DNA of 64,000 bases, from positions 704,001 through 768,000 of the forward strand of contig CAVVMW010000021.1 in assembly GCA_963749495.1 (NCBI GenBank), read 5' to 3'. Source of the DNA: an uncultured bacterium. GTDB taxonomy: Bacteria > Verrucomicrobiota > Verrucomicrobiia > Limisphaerales > UBA8199. Every line of letters begins with the position of its first letter. Positions within the stretch are counted from its first letter, which is position 1. A program made the translations under genes and the position numbers. Below, piece after piece: positions 53,166 to 64,000 of this stretch. The notes below the pieces were generated by a model. The model worked only from the letters and a program-made list of their open reading frames with translations, made no database searches and was not told where the DNA came from.

Positions 53166-53471
53166 CTACTGCGGCAGCTTATCGAAGCGGAAGGAGCAGC
53201 AGCCCAGTTCCAGCACATTCTGGTTGGCGGCTACTTGGTTCTTGAGACGCTGGGCCACGGTGTAAAGACGCTGCTTGCCCTGCTTTTCCATCTCCACCAG
53301 CCCGGCCTCCTTCAGTATCCGCAGGTGCTTGGACACGTTATATTGTGACAGCTCCAGCCGCTGGGAGATGTCATTGACTCCCATCTGCTCCTTCAGCAGC
53401 AGGCGGATGATGCGCAGACGGCTCAGCTCACCCAGCGCCTTCAAAGCCGCGATACAGTCGATGCCGGTCAT
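53166..53471 (-). CDS. ArsR/SmtB family regulator
   Basis: LKALGELSRLRII...SQYNVSKHLRILKEAGLV; C-terminal CC. Confidence 0.9.
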   Translation of the reverse strand: MTGIDCIAALKALGELSRLRIIRLLLKEQMGVNDISQRLELSQYNVSKHLRILKEAGLVEMEKQGKQRLYTVAQRLKNQVAANQNVLELGCCSFRFDKLPQ

Positions 53472-53775
53472 CCAGGGGAGGCTACCAGGGGAGTGCGCGT
53501 AATCAAGGCCGACCGTTTGGGCCGTTGACGTGCTGGCGTCCTGACAGCCTGGCCAGCAGCCCAGCACCCTTTCGGGAACTGGCCCGGCTGGATCAGCTTC
53601 CCGACCGCCGCGTCAGGAAGCCACTGGCCAATCCTCCCCGATAGCCCCGACCTGCCCCACCGGTGGGTCCAACGCGTCCACCCCCTCGAAAAGCCCAGCA
53701 CCGACAACCCCATCGCTGGGTGAGTGATTTGGACCTTGGTCTGCTGCCGACGCTCGCGTAAAGTTCTCCTGGACC

Positions 53776-53980
53776 ATGAAACCAAAATCAACTGGCCACG
53801 TCATTATCCAGCCCCGCATCCGAGTGTGGGTTGGTGACGACGTAGCATTAGGGCCTGGAAAAGTTGAACTGCTCAAGTTGGTCCAGATGACCGGCTCGAT
53901 TACAGCGGCAGCCAAGCACATGGGCATGTCATACATGCGGGCTTGGACACTGATCCAGACGATGAACCGATGCTTCAAAT
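53776..53980 (+). pseudogene. ModE-type HTH regulator, truncated
   Basis: ALGPGKVELL....TGSITAAAKHMGMSYMRAW.LI.TMN.CF. Confidence 0.8.
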
Positions 53981-54206
53981 GCTTCTGCTGGCCGACCCGA
54001 TACGCCTGCTAGTGGAAAGCCGCGCCGCCCGCACCCAGGCCGAAGCCGCCCGTCGTCCAGGGCGGGTATGCGCCCCTGACTCGCGGCGGATGTTCGTGTT
54101 GAGGATGGTGCGGCCGATTTTTTGTTCGGTTTTCCACTTCGGCGGCGGTTTACTGCTGAATTGAAATGACCGACAGCCGCGCATCGAGGGCGACAACTCC
54201 GACCAC

Positions 54207-54557
54207 GTGGGTATCAAGACCTATGTGATTGAAGTGCCCGAATCCGCGCTGTCCAAGGTGGGCCTGGACACCATCAAGGCCGAGGGAACCGAAAGCGCGC
54301 TCCAGCAGGTTCTCGCGGCGGAACAGATGGACGCATTATTGAAGGAGTTGAAGGGCACCGAAGGGGCGAAATTGCTCGCCCAGAGCAGCGTGCTCACAAC
54401 TGACGGTCGGCAGAGCGAGCTCCAGAATGTGGATGAGCAGGTGATCGATGGAGTCAAGCAAAGCTTGGGACCAGTCATCAACATCCTGCCAGTCATCTCC
54501 GGGGATAAGAGCACGATCAACATCACGCTCCGAGCAGGCATCAATCAGCGCCACTAA
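54207..54557 (+). pseudogene. Secretin-like C-terminal fragment
   Basis: VLTTDGRQS...SLGPVINILP resembles 28900-29100. Confidence 0.55.
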
Positions 54558-54967
54558 AGCCTGGTAGCCCGGCTTGGACCAGGGCTACGCGAATAGGACA
54601 GCACGGCCCCCTAAATGGCCAGCGCTTTCCGGTCTTCCGCCAACCGGGCTGGTTGAACCCGACAGCCGCGGCCAGTATGCCCTTGCGCGGGTCTGCGCGG
54701 ACGGGGTGATTTACTTGCGCAACTGGCAGCTCTTCCGGGTGGAACTCCACGGGAGCAACAATGCGCCTTTGTTTGATCCGGGCCGGAACCAGTAATGCCT
54801 CTGAGAACCTGCACTCGACCGAGGTTTGGCTTGTCCGCCACGAAAATCCTGGTGCAGCCCCGGCGCCCTGGGGTAGAGATCGTGTTGAACGACAACATGG
54901 AAGCGCGAGCCCCGGGGCTGACTCAATCTGCAGAATCGGTTCCGCACCGCGCCGGCCCGACAATGAT

Positions 54968-55498
54968 ATGAAGACATCTGCTGACCTTGAATATCAAGCT
55001 GCCTTACAGGTAGCGAGCCTGATGGCTGCCGCCGCCCGAACGGCGCCAAAGACCCGTGGCACAGACAACATTAGAGTGGTGGCAATTGACGACACGGGCA
55101 CCAAAGACAGGCTCGCCAGCAAAATGAGAGAATTGGCGCAATCGGAGAATCGCCCGACCTTCGACCGGGATGCCAACTGCGTCGCGAGTTCTTCTGCTGT
55201 GGTGGTTATTGGGGTTGAATCCAATCCGGCCGGTCTCAATTGCGGCTACTGCGGGCACGGCAACTGCGCCGAAATCGAAAAGGCCAACGGCATTTGCTCT
55301 TTCAATTCGATTGACCTCGGCATTGCCGCCAGTTCTGCCGCCAGCGTGGCCGCCGATTCGCGCGTGGATACCCGTCTGATGTTCTCGGTTGGACGAGCTG
55401 GCCTGGCCCTGGACCTCTTCGGCAGCAAGGTAAAGCTGGCCCTGGGCATTCCTCTGAGCATCACCGGCAAGAGTCCTTTTTTCGACCGAAAGGCCTGA
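54968..55498 (+). CDS. DUF2148-like ferredoxin-domain protein
   Basis: AARTAPKTRG, NCGYCG...C, DLGIA.SSA, GKSPFFDR. Confidence 0.85.
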   Translation: MKTSADLEYQAALQVASLMAAAARTAPKTRGTDNIRVVAIDDTGTKDRLASKMRELAQSENRPTFDRDANCVASSSAVVVIGVESNPAGLNCGYCGHGNCAEIEKANGICSFNSIDLGIAASSAASVAADSRVDTRLMFSVGRAGLALDLFGSKVKLALGIPLSITGKSPFFDRKA

Positions 55499-55599
55499 TG
55501 AGGAGCGGCGGCGATGCGCCAATTGGCGCATCTGGTGCTCCCGGCCCGCCGGCCTGAGCGACACCCCGGCGCAACCAGTAGGCAGCGAGTGGAAGACAC

Positions 55600-58500
55600 T
55601 CAAGATCCTCCGGAATACTCCACCACCTCGACGCGCGTCCGTTGGCCCGGGTGCAATGCGATGTTCCGAAATTCGATCCAATGATACGGCCGAACCTGGA
55701 TTCGCAGCTCTTTCAACTCGCTCGATTTAAGGCCGGGAAATCTGACGGACGTCATCACAATATGGCCCAGCATGGCCGGCAGGAACATCGCCGGCTCATC
55801 CGCCGGCTCGTGGACCCGGCCTGCGGAATCAACCGCCACCAACCGGGCTTGCGCCTCGTGACGGACCTGGCAGGCGAACCAGGCGGAGAGCGCGTCCAGC
55901 TCATCCGCGCCGCTGACGCTGAAATCCATGTCCGCACCGTGCCGCCGAATGGACTTCTTTTTCAGTGTTTTCGGATCGCCCGTCCACGCCCAGGTCGCAT
56001 CGGTGTCTTCCCACTGTTCGGCCGGAACGCCGATGCGGAGCCGAGCGGACTGGGCGTCGCTCGGAACGTGAAGGACGATTCCGTTGACGCCCTGAGCCCC
56101 GGTTTGTTGCAAAAGGGGACTCCCGCCGGGGCAGCTCCTTTCAATTCCATGACTGGTGGCAAAACACTCCCATTGGATTTGCCTGAGGCTCTCCCAATTA
56201 CGACGGCCTTCAAGACAAGCGATCAACTCACGACGGCCGCTCCCAACCGGGAGCCTGCCCGGCACCCGAGACTGTCCAGCACACCAGGGGGTGCCGTCCG
56301 GGAGCCAGCAGGTCTGGTGGGCCGCGGCGGGCTCGCAAATCCCCCGCAATTCGATGGCGCCCGCAGCGGTGCGGGCGACGAACGTTCCGGCCTGGCTCCC
56401 CTCAGGTGGCGGGCCGTGAACGTGGCCCGCGGCAAACGCGACGGTTTCCGGGCGGGTCTCTTCACCGAATCCCAGCCCTGGGACCCAGGTCGAGAGGAAG
56501 GAAATTCCGGGAACCGTCAGCAAGACCAAACCGGCGCCCCAGCACGTCCATTTGACGCACTGGAGCCGCCAGCCCGCTCGTTCGTCGGTCTCACTCCTAA
56601 GTTTGAGTTGGGCCAACAGGCCCGCGAGTGCGGCCAACAGGGCGGCCAAGGCATAATCGAGAACGCGATTTCCCCCGCCCGAGGTACTGGCGACAGGCCC
56701 AGGCAATCGGAGACCACAAGAAGCTGGCCACATAGACGGTGGATGCAATTCCCGCCACATAGCACGCCCGGGTGGTCAGTTTCGGAATCCCCGCTTGCAC
56801 GCCGCTGCGGATTCTGGTTGTCCTGGCGCGCGCCGCCCACAGGGCCAGGATTCCGGCAGCGACCGCCGCCCACGCTTGGCTCCAGAATAGCCGTTCCAGG
56901 GTCGGTTCGAACACGTCCGGGACGTAGGGTTGGAGATAATACCAGGGGTGTGCGCCAGGCCAGAAACCGCTGAATACAAACAAAAGCGGGGCGAACAGGG
57001 CGCCAAACAGGGCCCATCCAATGCCCCGGCCATTCCCCCCCTCCTGGCGCATGCTCCACAGAGCCGCCATGCCGAGCACCAAGGCAAGCCCTTGGGTCCA
57101 GAGCGGCAGCCAGCGCATGGCCTCGAGGAGCAACCCCACCATCCCGCCCTGCTGGAGAGCCTCGTAACTCCCCGCTTGGAAGACGGGCAGGCAGAGAAAT
57201 GAGACCGGCACGAGCGCCGCGCCAGCCACGGCGAGCCGGTAAGCCAGCCGCTGCTCTGCGGGGTCCTCCTGCTGCCGTCGCCGGGCCTCGGTGGCGGCAA
57301 AAGCCGTGCGCACGTCCTGGTCCCACAGAATCGCCAGCGCCAGGATGCCCACGGGAAGCGCCAGCGGCAGAATGGAAAAGTCGAAGAAGCAAAGAAAAAC
57401 AGCGACGATGGCCAGGGCCAATCCTCGGCCCCTTCTCACGCGCCAAGCCGATAAGAGCGCCAAGGTGCCCACCAGGTGGCCCATGCCATCGAGCGCCGGG
57501 ATCCCCAAGCGAGTAGGCACGTCCCACAGCGTGAAGAAAAAACGCCTGACAGGCTGAGCGATGCCCGCGGGCAAGGCATACCCCAGAACCTTCGTGAACA
57601 CCAGGACACCCCAACTGGCGAAACCCAACAGATACAAGACGGCGCTCGCCAGCCTCAACTCCCCGCCGACCGCCTGCGCTTCCGCCGGCAGTGCGAACGG
57701 CAATGGCCCTGCGTTTGCGCCTGCGGCCGCCTCCGTCTCCCGTGGCGCCGCCGTGATCGTCTCGAGCCGCGTCTTCACCTCGCTGACCTGCTGGTAACGG
57801 CGCTCGGGTGCTTTCTCGAGCGCCCGCAGCACCACTTCGTCCAGCCGAACATCGATCCGCACCTTGTGCGAAGGCGGTTCCAACCGCCGGCCAGGCAGTT
57901 CCCCGGTGAGCATCTGGTAGAACACGACCCCCAGGGCATAGATGTCCGCCCGATGGTCAACCTCGCCCGGATGCTCGACCTGCTCGGGAGCCATGTAATG
58001 AGGCGTGCCCATCACTTTGCTCGCTTCCGCCGGCGTGGGCGCACCGGCTGTGGATGCCCGGTTGCCTGCGGGTCCGACGCCGCCTCCGATAAGCTTGGCC
58101 AGCCCGAAGTCGGCAACCTTCACCCGGCCTCGCCGGTCCAGCAGGACGTTCGCCGGTTTGATGTCGCGGTGGACGATGCCCTGGTCGTGGGCATACTGCA
58201 GGGCGTCGCAGATTTGGGGCACGATGGCCAGCGCTTCGCGCGGGGAGACCCGTCCGCCAGCCAGCAGTTGGCGCAGGCTCACGCCGTCCACGAATTCCAT
58301 CAGGAAATAATACATCCCGTCAGCGCGGCCGACCTCGTAAATGGTCACGATGCCCGGATGGTTGAGCCTGGCCAGGGCTTTGGCCTCGCGGGCGAACCGC
58401 TCCGCGAACGCGGCATCCCCGCCGATGTCCGGCGGCAGGATCTTGAGGGCGACGATGCGGTCCAGCTCCTTCTGCCTGGCCTTGTAAACCGCGCCCATCC

Positions 58501-58717
58501 CGCCTCGCCCGATCAACTCCAGGATTTCAAGCTGCGGGAACCGGGCCGCCAACTCGCCGATGGCCGGCGGGGTGAATGGGTCCTGCTTGCCGCCGGTCGT
58601 CTCCGCAACGGTTCCGCTGGCCAGGGCCACCTTCATCAGGCAGGACGGACAGAGACCCCGAGGCGCATCAGCGGCCAAAGGGGCGCCGCAACTGCTGCAA
58701 AATGTTCGCGTTTCCAT
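55600..58717 (-). pseudogene. Ser/Thr protein kinase with TM region and extracytoplasmic domain; frameshift near 56680
   Basis: CSSCG...LCPSC, GRGGMGAVYKA, HRDIKPAN, DFG, GTPHYMAPE; C-terminus in ORF 55600-56760. Confidence 0.88.
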
Positions 58718-58815
58718 AACCGTTTCTCCACACCATTCCTGAAAGAACCATGGGCGGATGTTACGGGCTTTTTTTCGATGCGGGCCGCAAAAAGGGGCCG
58801 TGCCGTCGTGGCGGT

Positions 58816-61415
58816 TCAACCATTCGTCAGCACTTGAAACAAATGGCGCATCTCGTCATCCACCTCGTCGGGCGAGGCGACCGTGTTGGCAATTTCGGCG
58901 CGCAGCAGCTTGCGATACCGCCGCCGCAGCCGATGCGCCGCCACCCGGGCGGCGCCTTCGGCGATGCCCAGTCTGGCCGCCATCTCACTACAGGCGATCG
59001 AGTCCCGCTCCGCCGTGAGCGCGGGTCGCATCGCCTCGAACCAGGGCGACTTCCCCTCGCGCCGGTATTCCTCCTCGAGCCGGGCCAGGACGTCCTCGAG
59101 CAATGTCAAGGCCCAACCGCGCTCGAAGAGGCTTTCGGGAGCCGGACAAAATAGTAACAATTAGGTGCCATTACGCAGCTTCCTCGGCTTGAGCCGGGGG
59201 GTTGGCGACGCGAATTCGCAGGTAATCGCTTTGGTTTAAGCGATCCCAGACTTGGTTGAATTGGTTGCCATACAGAGCGCAGCGCAAATCCAGGACGTGG
59301 GTAGCTCCCTCTTCTGACCAAAGCATGCCGGAGCACTTGCAGCGTCCGCCGATAACCGTTTTGCAGCCGGCTTCGACCACCCCCGAGCCGTAGAAAAATC
59401 CCAAAGCGCGGTAGGTGGCGTAGAGCATACGGCTCTGGTTGTGCTCGAAGTATGCGATCTGCTTGCCTGCTGATTCAGCAGTCTGAGCGGCCAGTTTGCC
59501 CGTCCTTTCCCGGGTCTTGACGCAGGACTTCCTCCACGTTGTCGGCCAAGAACTGCTCGCGCCAAGTTCGCCACAGGGCCTGGGCGGCGGCAGGGTCCGG
59601 TTCGAGCAATTTCGTCAGGTCGGAGAGATGTTCCAGGGCGTGATACAAGTCCAGAATTTGGAAGGCCATCGGGAAGCACTTCGCCCCGTGGTCCCAAATC
59701 CAGGCAGCCCCGTTGCCCAGCAGCACCGACACCTGCGCTGCCGGCAGACGGCGGCGGAGGGCCTCCTGGCGTGCCCGCACCATGAAATCGGGTGCCTCTT
59801 CAAAGCCTGCCACGTAGCTGGAGGACTCAAAGTCCCGCAACGGCAATCCCTCCTCATCAAGGGTGGTTTGGGTAAACACACAAGCCAACTTGACCTCTCG
59901 GGTCTTGGCTGAGCCATCGGGTTGCTTGCCGGCACGGCCTTCCAATTCCTCGGGCCGCATGGGAACCCCGGTGCCATCGACGGCGATATACATGACGGGA
60001 ATCAGGCCCGAGTCATGCTTGAAGGGAGGCAATTGTTCTTGGACCGCCCGCACCCGCGGTCCCATTTCCTGAGCGATGCGCTGAATCTGGCGGCCTTCGA
60101 CCTGCAGCCCGCAATAGGCTTTGAGCTCGGCCGCCGCCACGTCGAAGGGATGGCGCGCGGCCGCGCGGCAAATGATCCGCAGCACCCCGGGCGAATAGCC
60201 TGCCCACAGACCCAGCGCCTGGTCCAGCGGGGCACGGCCTTGCTCCCGGCTCGCCCAATAGTAATAGTTGCGCCGTAGGGCCACTAGCCCGAAGAGGGTC
60301 AGCGGCTCCTTGGGCCGGCCGGCGTGGCACCTTTCGCCTGGGCGGCCCTGATCCTCGGGCACCGGCAGCGCCGGGTCGTTGAGCAAATCCCCCAGAATCC
60401 CACAGGCATCGCGGAAGAGCGCCTCGCGCAGGCCAATTTCCACCGCCTCGAGATCGCGCACTCCCTGCTGTTGCCACTGCCCTTGGACTAACCGGATGAA
60501 GGCGTTGGCTTCCCGGAATCGCTCCTGCCCGACTTCGGTCTGGAGTTTTTTTTTGCGTCGGGGGCGGCTTGACTCAGGCGGGTGATTTGGTCGGTGACGG
60601 TGACAAACTCCTCGGCCAGTTCGCTAAAGCGTCTGTAATTGGCGACGAGGGGTTCGATTTGGGGGGCCTGATCGGCCGGGATGCGCTCGGCGAACTTCTG
60701 CCCATGGAAGTAGGCTTGGAGCACGTAGTAAGGGCCCTGGGGGGCTTTGGAGCCAGCGCGGGGTTTCTTGAAGAATTGGCGGCTTAAGGAGCCGCGGCGC
60801 AACCGGTTCGATAGCCTTGATCTGTTCAAGGATCTGCTCGCGCCGGTCTTCGAGCTGAGAAAGCGAAGCGGTCATGGTGCGTATTGTATCTAACTAGATA
60901 CAATATAGCAACAAAAATCAATCAGCAGGCGGGCCTGCTCAAATTTTGGTTACTTTTTTGTCGCGCACCCGAGGCTTTCCGGCGTCCCCTCTGCGGCCGG
61001 CTTCGAGCCGGTAACGGTTCTCGGCGGAAGGGTCATCGAGCGATTCCACGACCACGCGCCCGCCGCGTTTCAGTGTGTGGGCCTTGTTCCATTCATTGGC
61101 CATGAAGTGTTTCATGGCGGTGAGGAGGAACGTGCGGAACCGCCCCCGCTGCCGATCCGCCTGGGCGAGCCAGTTTCCCTCGAGCAACCGGGCGAAGAAC
61201 TCCTGCGTCAGGTCCTGGGCATCGGGCGGCGAGAAGCCGCGCCGGCGGGCGTAGGCATAGAGCGGATACCAGTAGGCCTGGCAAAGGTGTGCGAGCGCGT
61301 CGCGCGCATGGCTGGTGTCATTTCGCGCCGCCGCCAGCACCGCCGACCAACGAGTGGTGACGAACAGCCGCTCAGCCCGGCCCTCGGTCATGCCCTCGGT
61401 TTGGTCGTGCGCCAT
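58816..61415 (-). pseudogene. Kinase-associated ECF sigma factor interrupted by an IS (plus a 1-nt frameshift near 61005)
   Basis: FVTTRWSAVLAA, LCQAYWYPLY; C-terminus PESLFERGWA...HRLRRRYR rejoins across the IS. Confidence 0.88.
59137..60970 (-). mobile_element. ISKra4-like insertion sequence (small orfA, A9 tract, DDE transposase), degenerate
   Basis: IRs GGGAGCCGGACAAAATAGTAAC / GGGTGCGCGACAAAAAAGTAAC; 9-bp TSD GAGGCTTTC (59128-59136, 60971-60979); DGTGVPM, REVKL, ILDLYHA, GSGVVEAGCK motifs. Confidence 0.9.
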
Positions 61416-61526
61416 TTGCCATGGATCTTAAAGAAATTCGCGCAGGTGTTACACTCAAATTCCGAATGTCCCTCCGGGACAACGGCCCGCCTGGGCCCCG
61501 GGGCGGGTCACGCAACTCCAATCCGG

Positions 61527-61755
61527 TCAGAATCGTCCGGCCGCGCTCCTGGACTGGGGCGAGGCTGGTGCCGAATCCGGCAGGGAGGTGCCGAGCGGCT
61601 TGTCCGGCAGCGGTGCCGCACGCAGGCGATCAAGGGCGGCCGCTAGCACCGGATCGCGTTTGCCTAGGAAGTCCCACCAACGGGACGCAACCGCAACCTG
61701 CGGCTCAATCCCGCGTTCTTCCAACGGCGTGCCATCCGGCTCAGGCACCCATACA
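61527..61755 (-). pseudogene. C-terminal fragment of an S41-like peptidase
   Basis: PDGTPLEERGIEPQV.V......KRDPVLAAAL. Confidence 0.6.
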
Positions 61756-61791
61756 AACTTAGCGCCAGGAACCACGGCAAACTCAAAGCTC

Positions 61792-62022
61792 ATGAAAGAT
61801 GAAATAATTCCTCACCGCGAGAAGAGCTGGAAAATCAAACGCGAGATTGCCGTCCATTTCAAGTGCAGCGTGCGCACCGTCACGAGCCTCATGCGCCGGC
61901 GCATCTTGCCGTTCGTCAAACAGGGGCGGTTCGTGCGTTTCGACACGGACGATTGTGATCGGGCGATGCAGCGACTTCGGAGCCCGAGCATTTTCGAGCG
62001 ATTCCCGACAGACGGACACTGA
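61792..62022 (+). CDS. Excisionase-like HTH protein
   Basis: KREIAVHFKCSVRTV..LMRRRILPFVKQGRFVRF; adjacent to the tRNA. Confidence 0.8.
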   Translation: MKDEIIPHREKSWKIKREIAVHFKCSVRTVTSLMRRRILPFVKQGRFVRFDTDDCDRAMQRLRSPSIFERFPTDGH

Positions 62023-62144
62023 CCGCCCTGAGATGGCCCCCTCCGGGCCACACGACATGCGGCGTGATGGAAGAGAAGAGACGGGGATCGCTCCGCCATG
62101 GCGCAGCGGTGATCGAGAAAAACGGGCCGCGAAACCCCAAATTC

Positions 62145-62265
62145 TGTAGCAAGATTGTAGCAAGATTTTCTTGAGTTTTATGGGTTTTCATGGGGTTCCA
62201 TGGGTTTTGGCTCAAGTTGGGACGAAATCACGAAACCCCTTGCAACTGCGTAAGTTGCAAGGGGC
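62145..62265. other. att-like region and hairpin downstream of tRNA-fMet
   Basis: TGTAGCAAGAT x2, ATGGG(G)TT x3, CCCCTTGCAACT/AGTTGCAAGGGG hairpin. Confidence 0.6.
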
Positions 62266-62269
62266 AAAT

Positions 62270-62346
<77 letters not shown>

Positions 62347-62574
62347 ATCTGCCCTGAATCTACGGCCTTCTCAAGCCCCTGGCAAGCTCAAAATCGGGCG
62401 CTCCATCGGCTTTGTCGCCATTTCGTCGCCACCGCAGGACACAAGTGATGCCTTGTGCTATGCTTGCTTCGCCCGGGACCAAATCGAGCACTGAATGTCC
62501 GTCAGACCCCGGGCGTAAAAACGACAGAAACAGAGATTGACCCGTTCCGCGAGAATCATTAACGCACCGACGCC

Positions 62575-63834
62575 ATGAACTCTAATAATCCCTATTCATT
62601 TCCCCGCGATTGCACCCCCGCCAACCACGGTTGCGGGCTGACGCGGCGCCAATGGCTGGTCCGCGGGGCCGGGTTGGCAGGCTTATGGGCATTGGGCGAT
62701 TGGCGCAGCCTGCTGCGCGCCGAGGACGCGCCCGTGGCCGCGCACATGCCCAAGCGGGCACAAAAGGCACCGAGCCTGCCCGTGGCGATTCAGCGGTGCG
62801 AATCTTACGAACCGGCCTTGGTTCGTCAAAAACTCGATGCGGCCCTGGCCAGCATTGGAGGCCTCGGTCCTCTGGTGCATGACAAGACCGTGACCATGAA
62901 AATCAACATGACCGGTCCGGCCCGCCAAGTGGGCGGGCTGCCTGCCTCGCGAACGTATCACGTGCATCCGAATGTCGTGGCGGCGGTCTGTGCCGCGTTG
63001 GATCGGGCGGGCGCGCGCCGCATCGCAATTGTCGAAGCGTGGTATCACCACGAACCGGTTGAGACCGTGCTCACGGATGCCGGCTGGGACCTCCAGGCCA
63101 TCCAGTCCGCCGGCGGCCATAAGGTCGTGTTCGAAAACACGAGGAATCGCGGGCATTGGGGCGGCTACACCCAGCTTAAGGTGCCTTGGGGCGGCTATCT
63201 GTTTCCGGCCTTTGAACTCAACCGTTGGTACGCCCAAACCGACGTGTTTGTTTCCTTGGCCAAGATGAAGGACCACGCTGTCGCCGGTGTGACCATGTCA
63301 GTCAAGAATCTTTTCGGGATCACCCCGACGGCCCTTTATGGCGACGATGCGCCCAACGAAGACAGCGTCGAGGCGCGCGGGGCGCCGCTCCACATGAATC
63401 AGCGGCCGTTGCCCGCCGGTGTGCCGGCTCAGCTCGGCCCGAACCCGCCCAATGCTCCCGGTTCGCGCGTCCCCCGAATTGTCGCGGACCTGCTCGGCGC
63501 GCGGCCGGTGGATCTCGCGATTATCAACGGGGTGGAGACCCAAAAGGGCGGCGAGGGGTTCTGGAACGAGGGCATTCGACCCGTCCAACCGAAGCTGCTT
63601 TTCGCCGGACGCAACGCGGTCTGCACCGATGCGGTTTGCGCCGCGGCGATGGGATACGACCCGATGGCCGGTCACGGGCACTTTCCGTTTCCAGGGGAGA
63701 ACCACCTCACGTGGGCGGCCGAGGCAGGTGTCGGGACTCATGACCCCGCCCGCATCGAAGTCGTCGGCCTCAGCCTCAAGGAGGCACGCTATCCGTTCCA
63801 GGTGCTCCCGGCGAATTCAGGCAAACCGTCCTGA
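62575..63834 (+). CDS. DUF362-domain protein with Tat signal
   Basis: TRRQWL signal; KINMT, HPNVV, SLAKMKDH..AGVTMSVKNLFG. Confidence 0.88.
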   Translation: MNSNNPYSFPRDCTPANHGCGLTRRQWLVRGAGLAGLWALGDWRSLLRAEDAPVAAHMPKRAQKAPSLPVAIQRCESYEPALVRQKLDAALASIGGLGPLVHDKTVTMKINMTGPARQVGGLPASRTYHVHPNVVAAVCAALDRAGARRIAIVEAWYHHEPVETVLTDAGWDLQAIQSAGGHKVVFENTRNRGHWGGYTQLKVPWGGYLFPAFELNRWYAQTDVFVSLAKMKDHAVAGVTMSVKNLFGITPTALYGDDAPNEDSVEARGAPLHMNQRPLPAGVPAQLGPNPPNAPGSRVPRIVADLLGARPVDLAIINGVETQKGGEGFWNEGIRPVQPKLLFAGRNAVCTDAVCAAAMGYDPMAGHGHFPFPGENHLTWAAEAGVGTHDPARIEVVGLSLKEARYPFQVLPANSGKPS

Positions 63835-64000
63835 AGCCTTGGCGCTGAGTGTGACCACGACCGGCCGGCCTTCGGACACTTCCATGAAATCGGCCACGAC
63901 TTCATCCAGGAGCTTGAAGTTCCAGGAGGTCACGTCATCCGTCTTAAATGTTCTGGCGCCATGGATGCTACGTTAACGCGGAATCCTGATTTCTCAAAAG

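Noticed and set aside
53560..53660. Cobalamin riboswitch (GCCACTG present)
   Set aside because: Other conserved elements could not be placed and no suitable downstream gene
16739..58717. Programmed frameshifting in the many split genes
   Set aside because: No common slippery motif (only the IS A9 tract at 60546-60554 is plausible); decay or indel sequencing errors are simpler explanations

Overview
GC-rich bacterial DNA. The gene families (ECF sigma factors with long C-terminal extensions, BlaI/M56 fusions, prepilin H-X9-DG remnant) suggest Verrucomicrobiota (Pedosphaera/Limisphaera-like); this is an inference. About 1-62.2 kb looks like a decaying accessory island anchored at the 3' end of an initiator tRNA-Met (62270-62346), with an excisionase-like gene and att-like repeats but no integrase. 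1-4.9 kb is a minus-strand array of irregular tRNAs (Ile-UAU with a long variable arm, 8/4 Ser-GCU, short-arm Leu, etc.). It is preceded by what looks like a leader-peptide attenuator and is interrupted by a non-autonomous cassette with 95-bp inverted repeats that carries a serine hydrolase. The rest is a mosaic of ECF sigma, BlaI-M56, Ser/Thr kinase and carboxypeptidase-regulatory-domain genes, many fragmented, fused or frameshifted, plus a cargo-carrying DDE transposon and an ISKra4-like IS. Best novelty candidates: (1) two paralogous exported proteins with an in-frame UGA in a U-P-S-C-Y-A-D-C motif followed by an identical SECIS-like hairpin (putative selenoprotein family); (2) the attenuator-controlled irregular tRNA operon; (3) the IR-bounded cassette inserted in tRNA-Ile(UAU); (4) a recurrent GCGAC>GCAAC (Asp>Asn) signature. 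All calls were made by eye, with no database searches.
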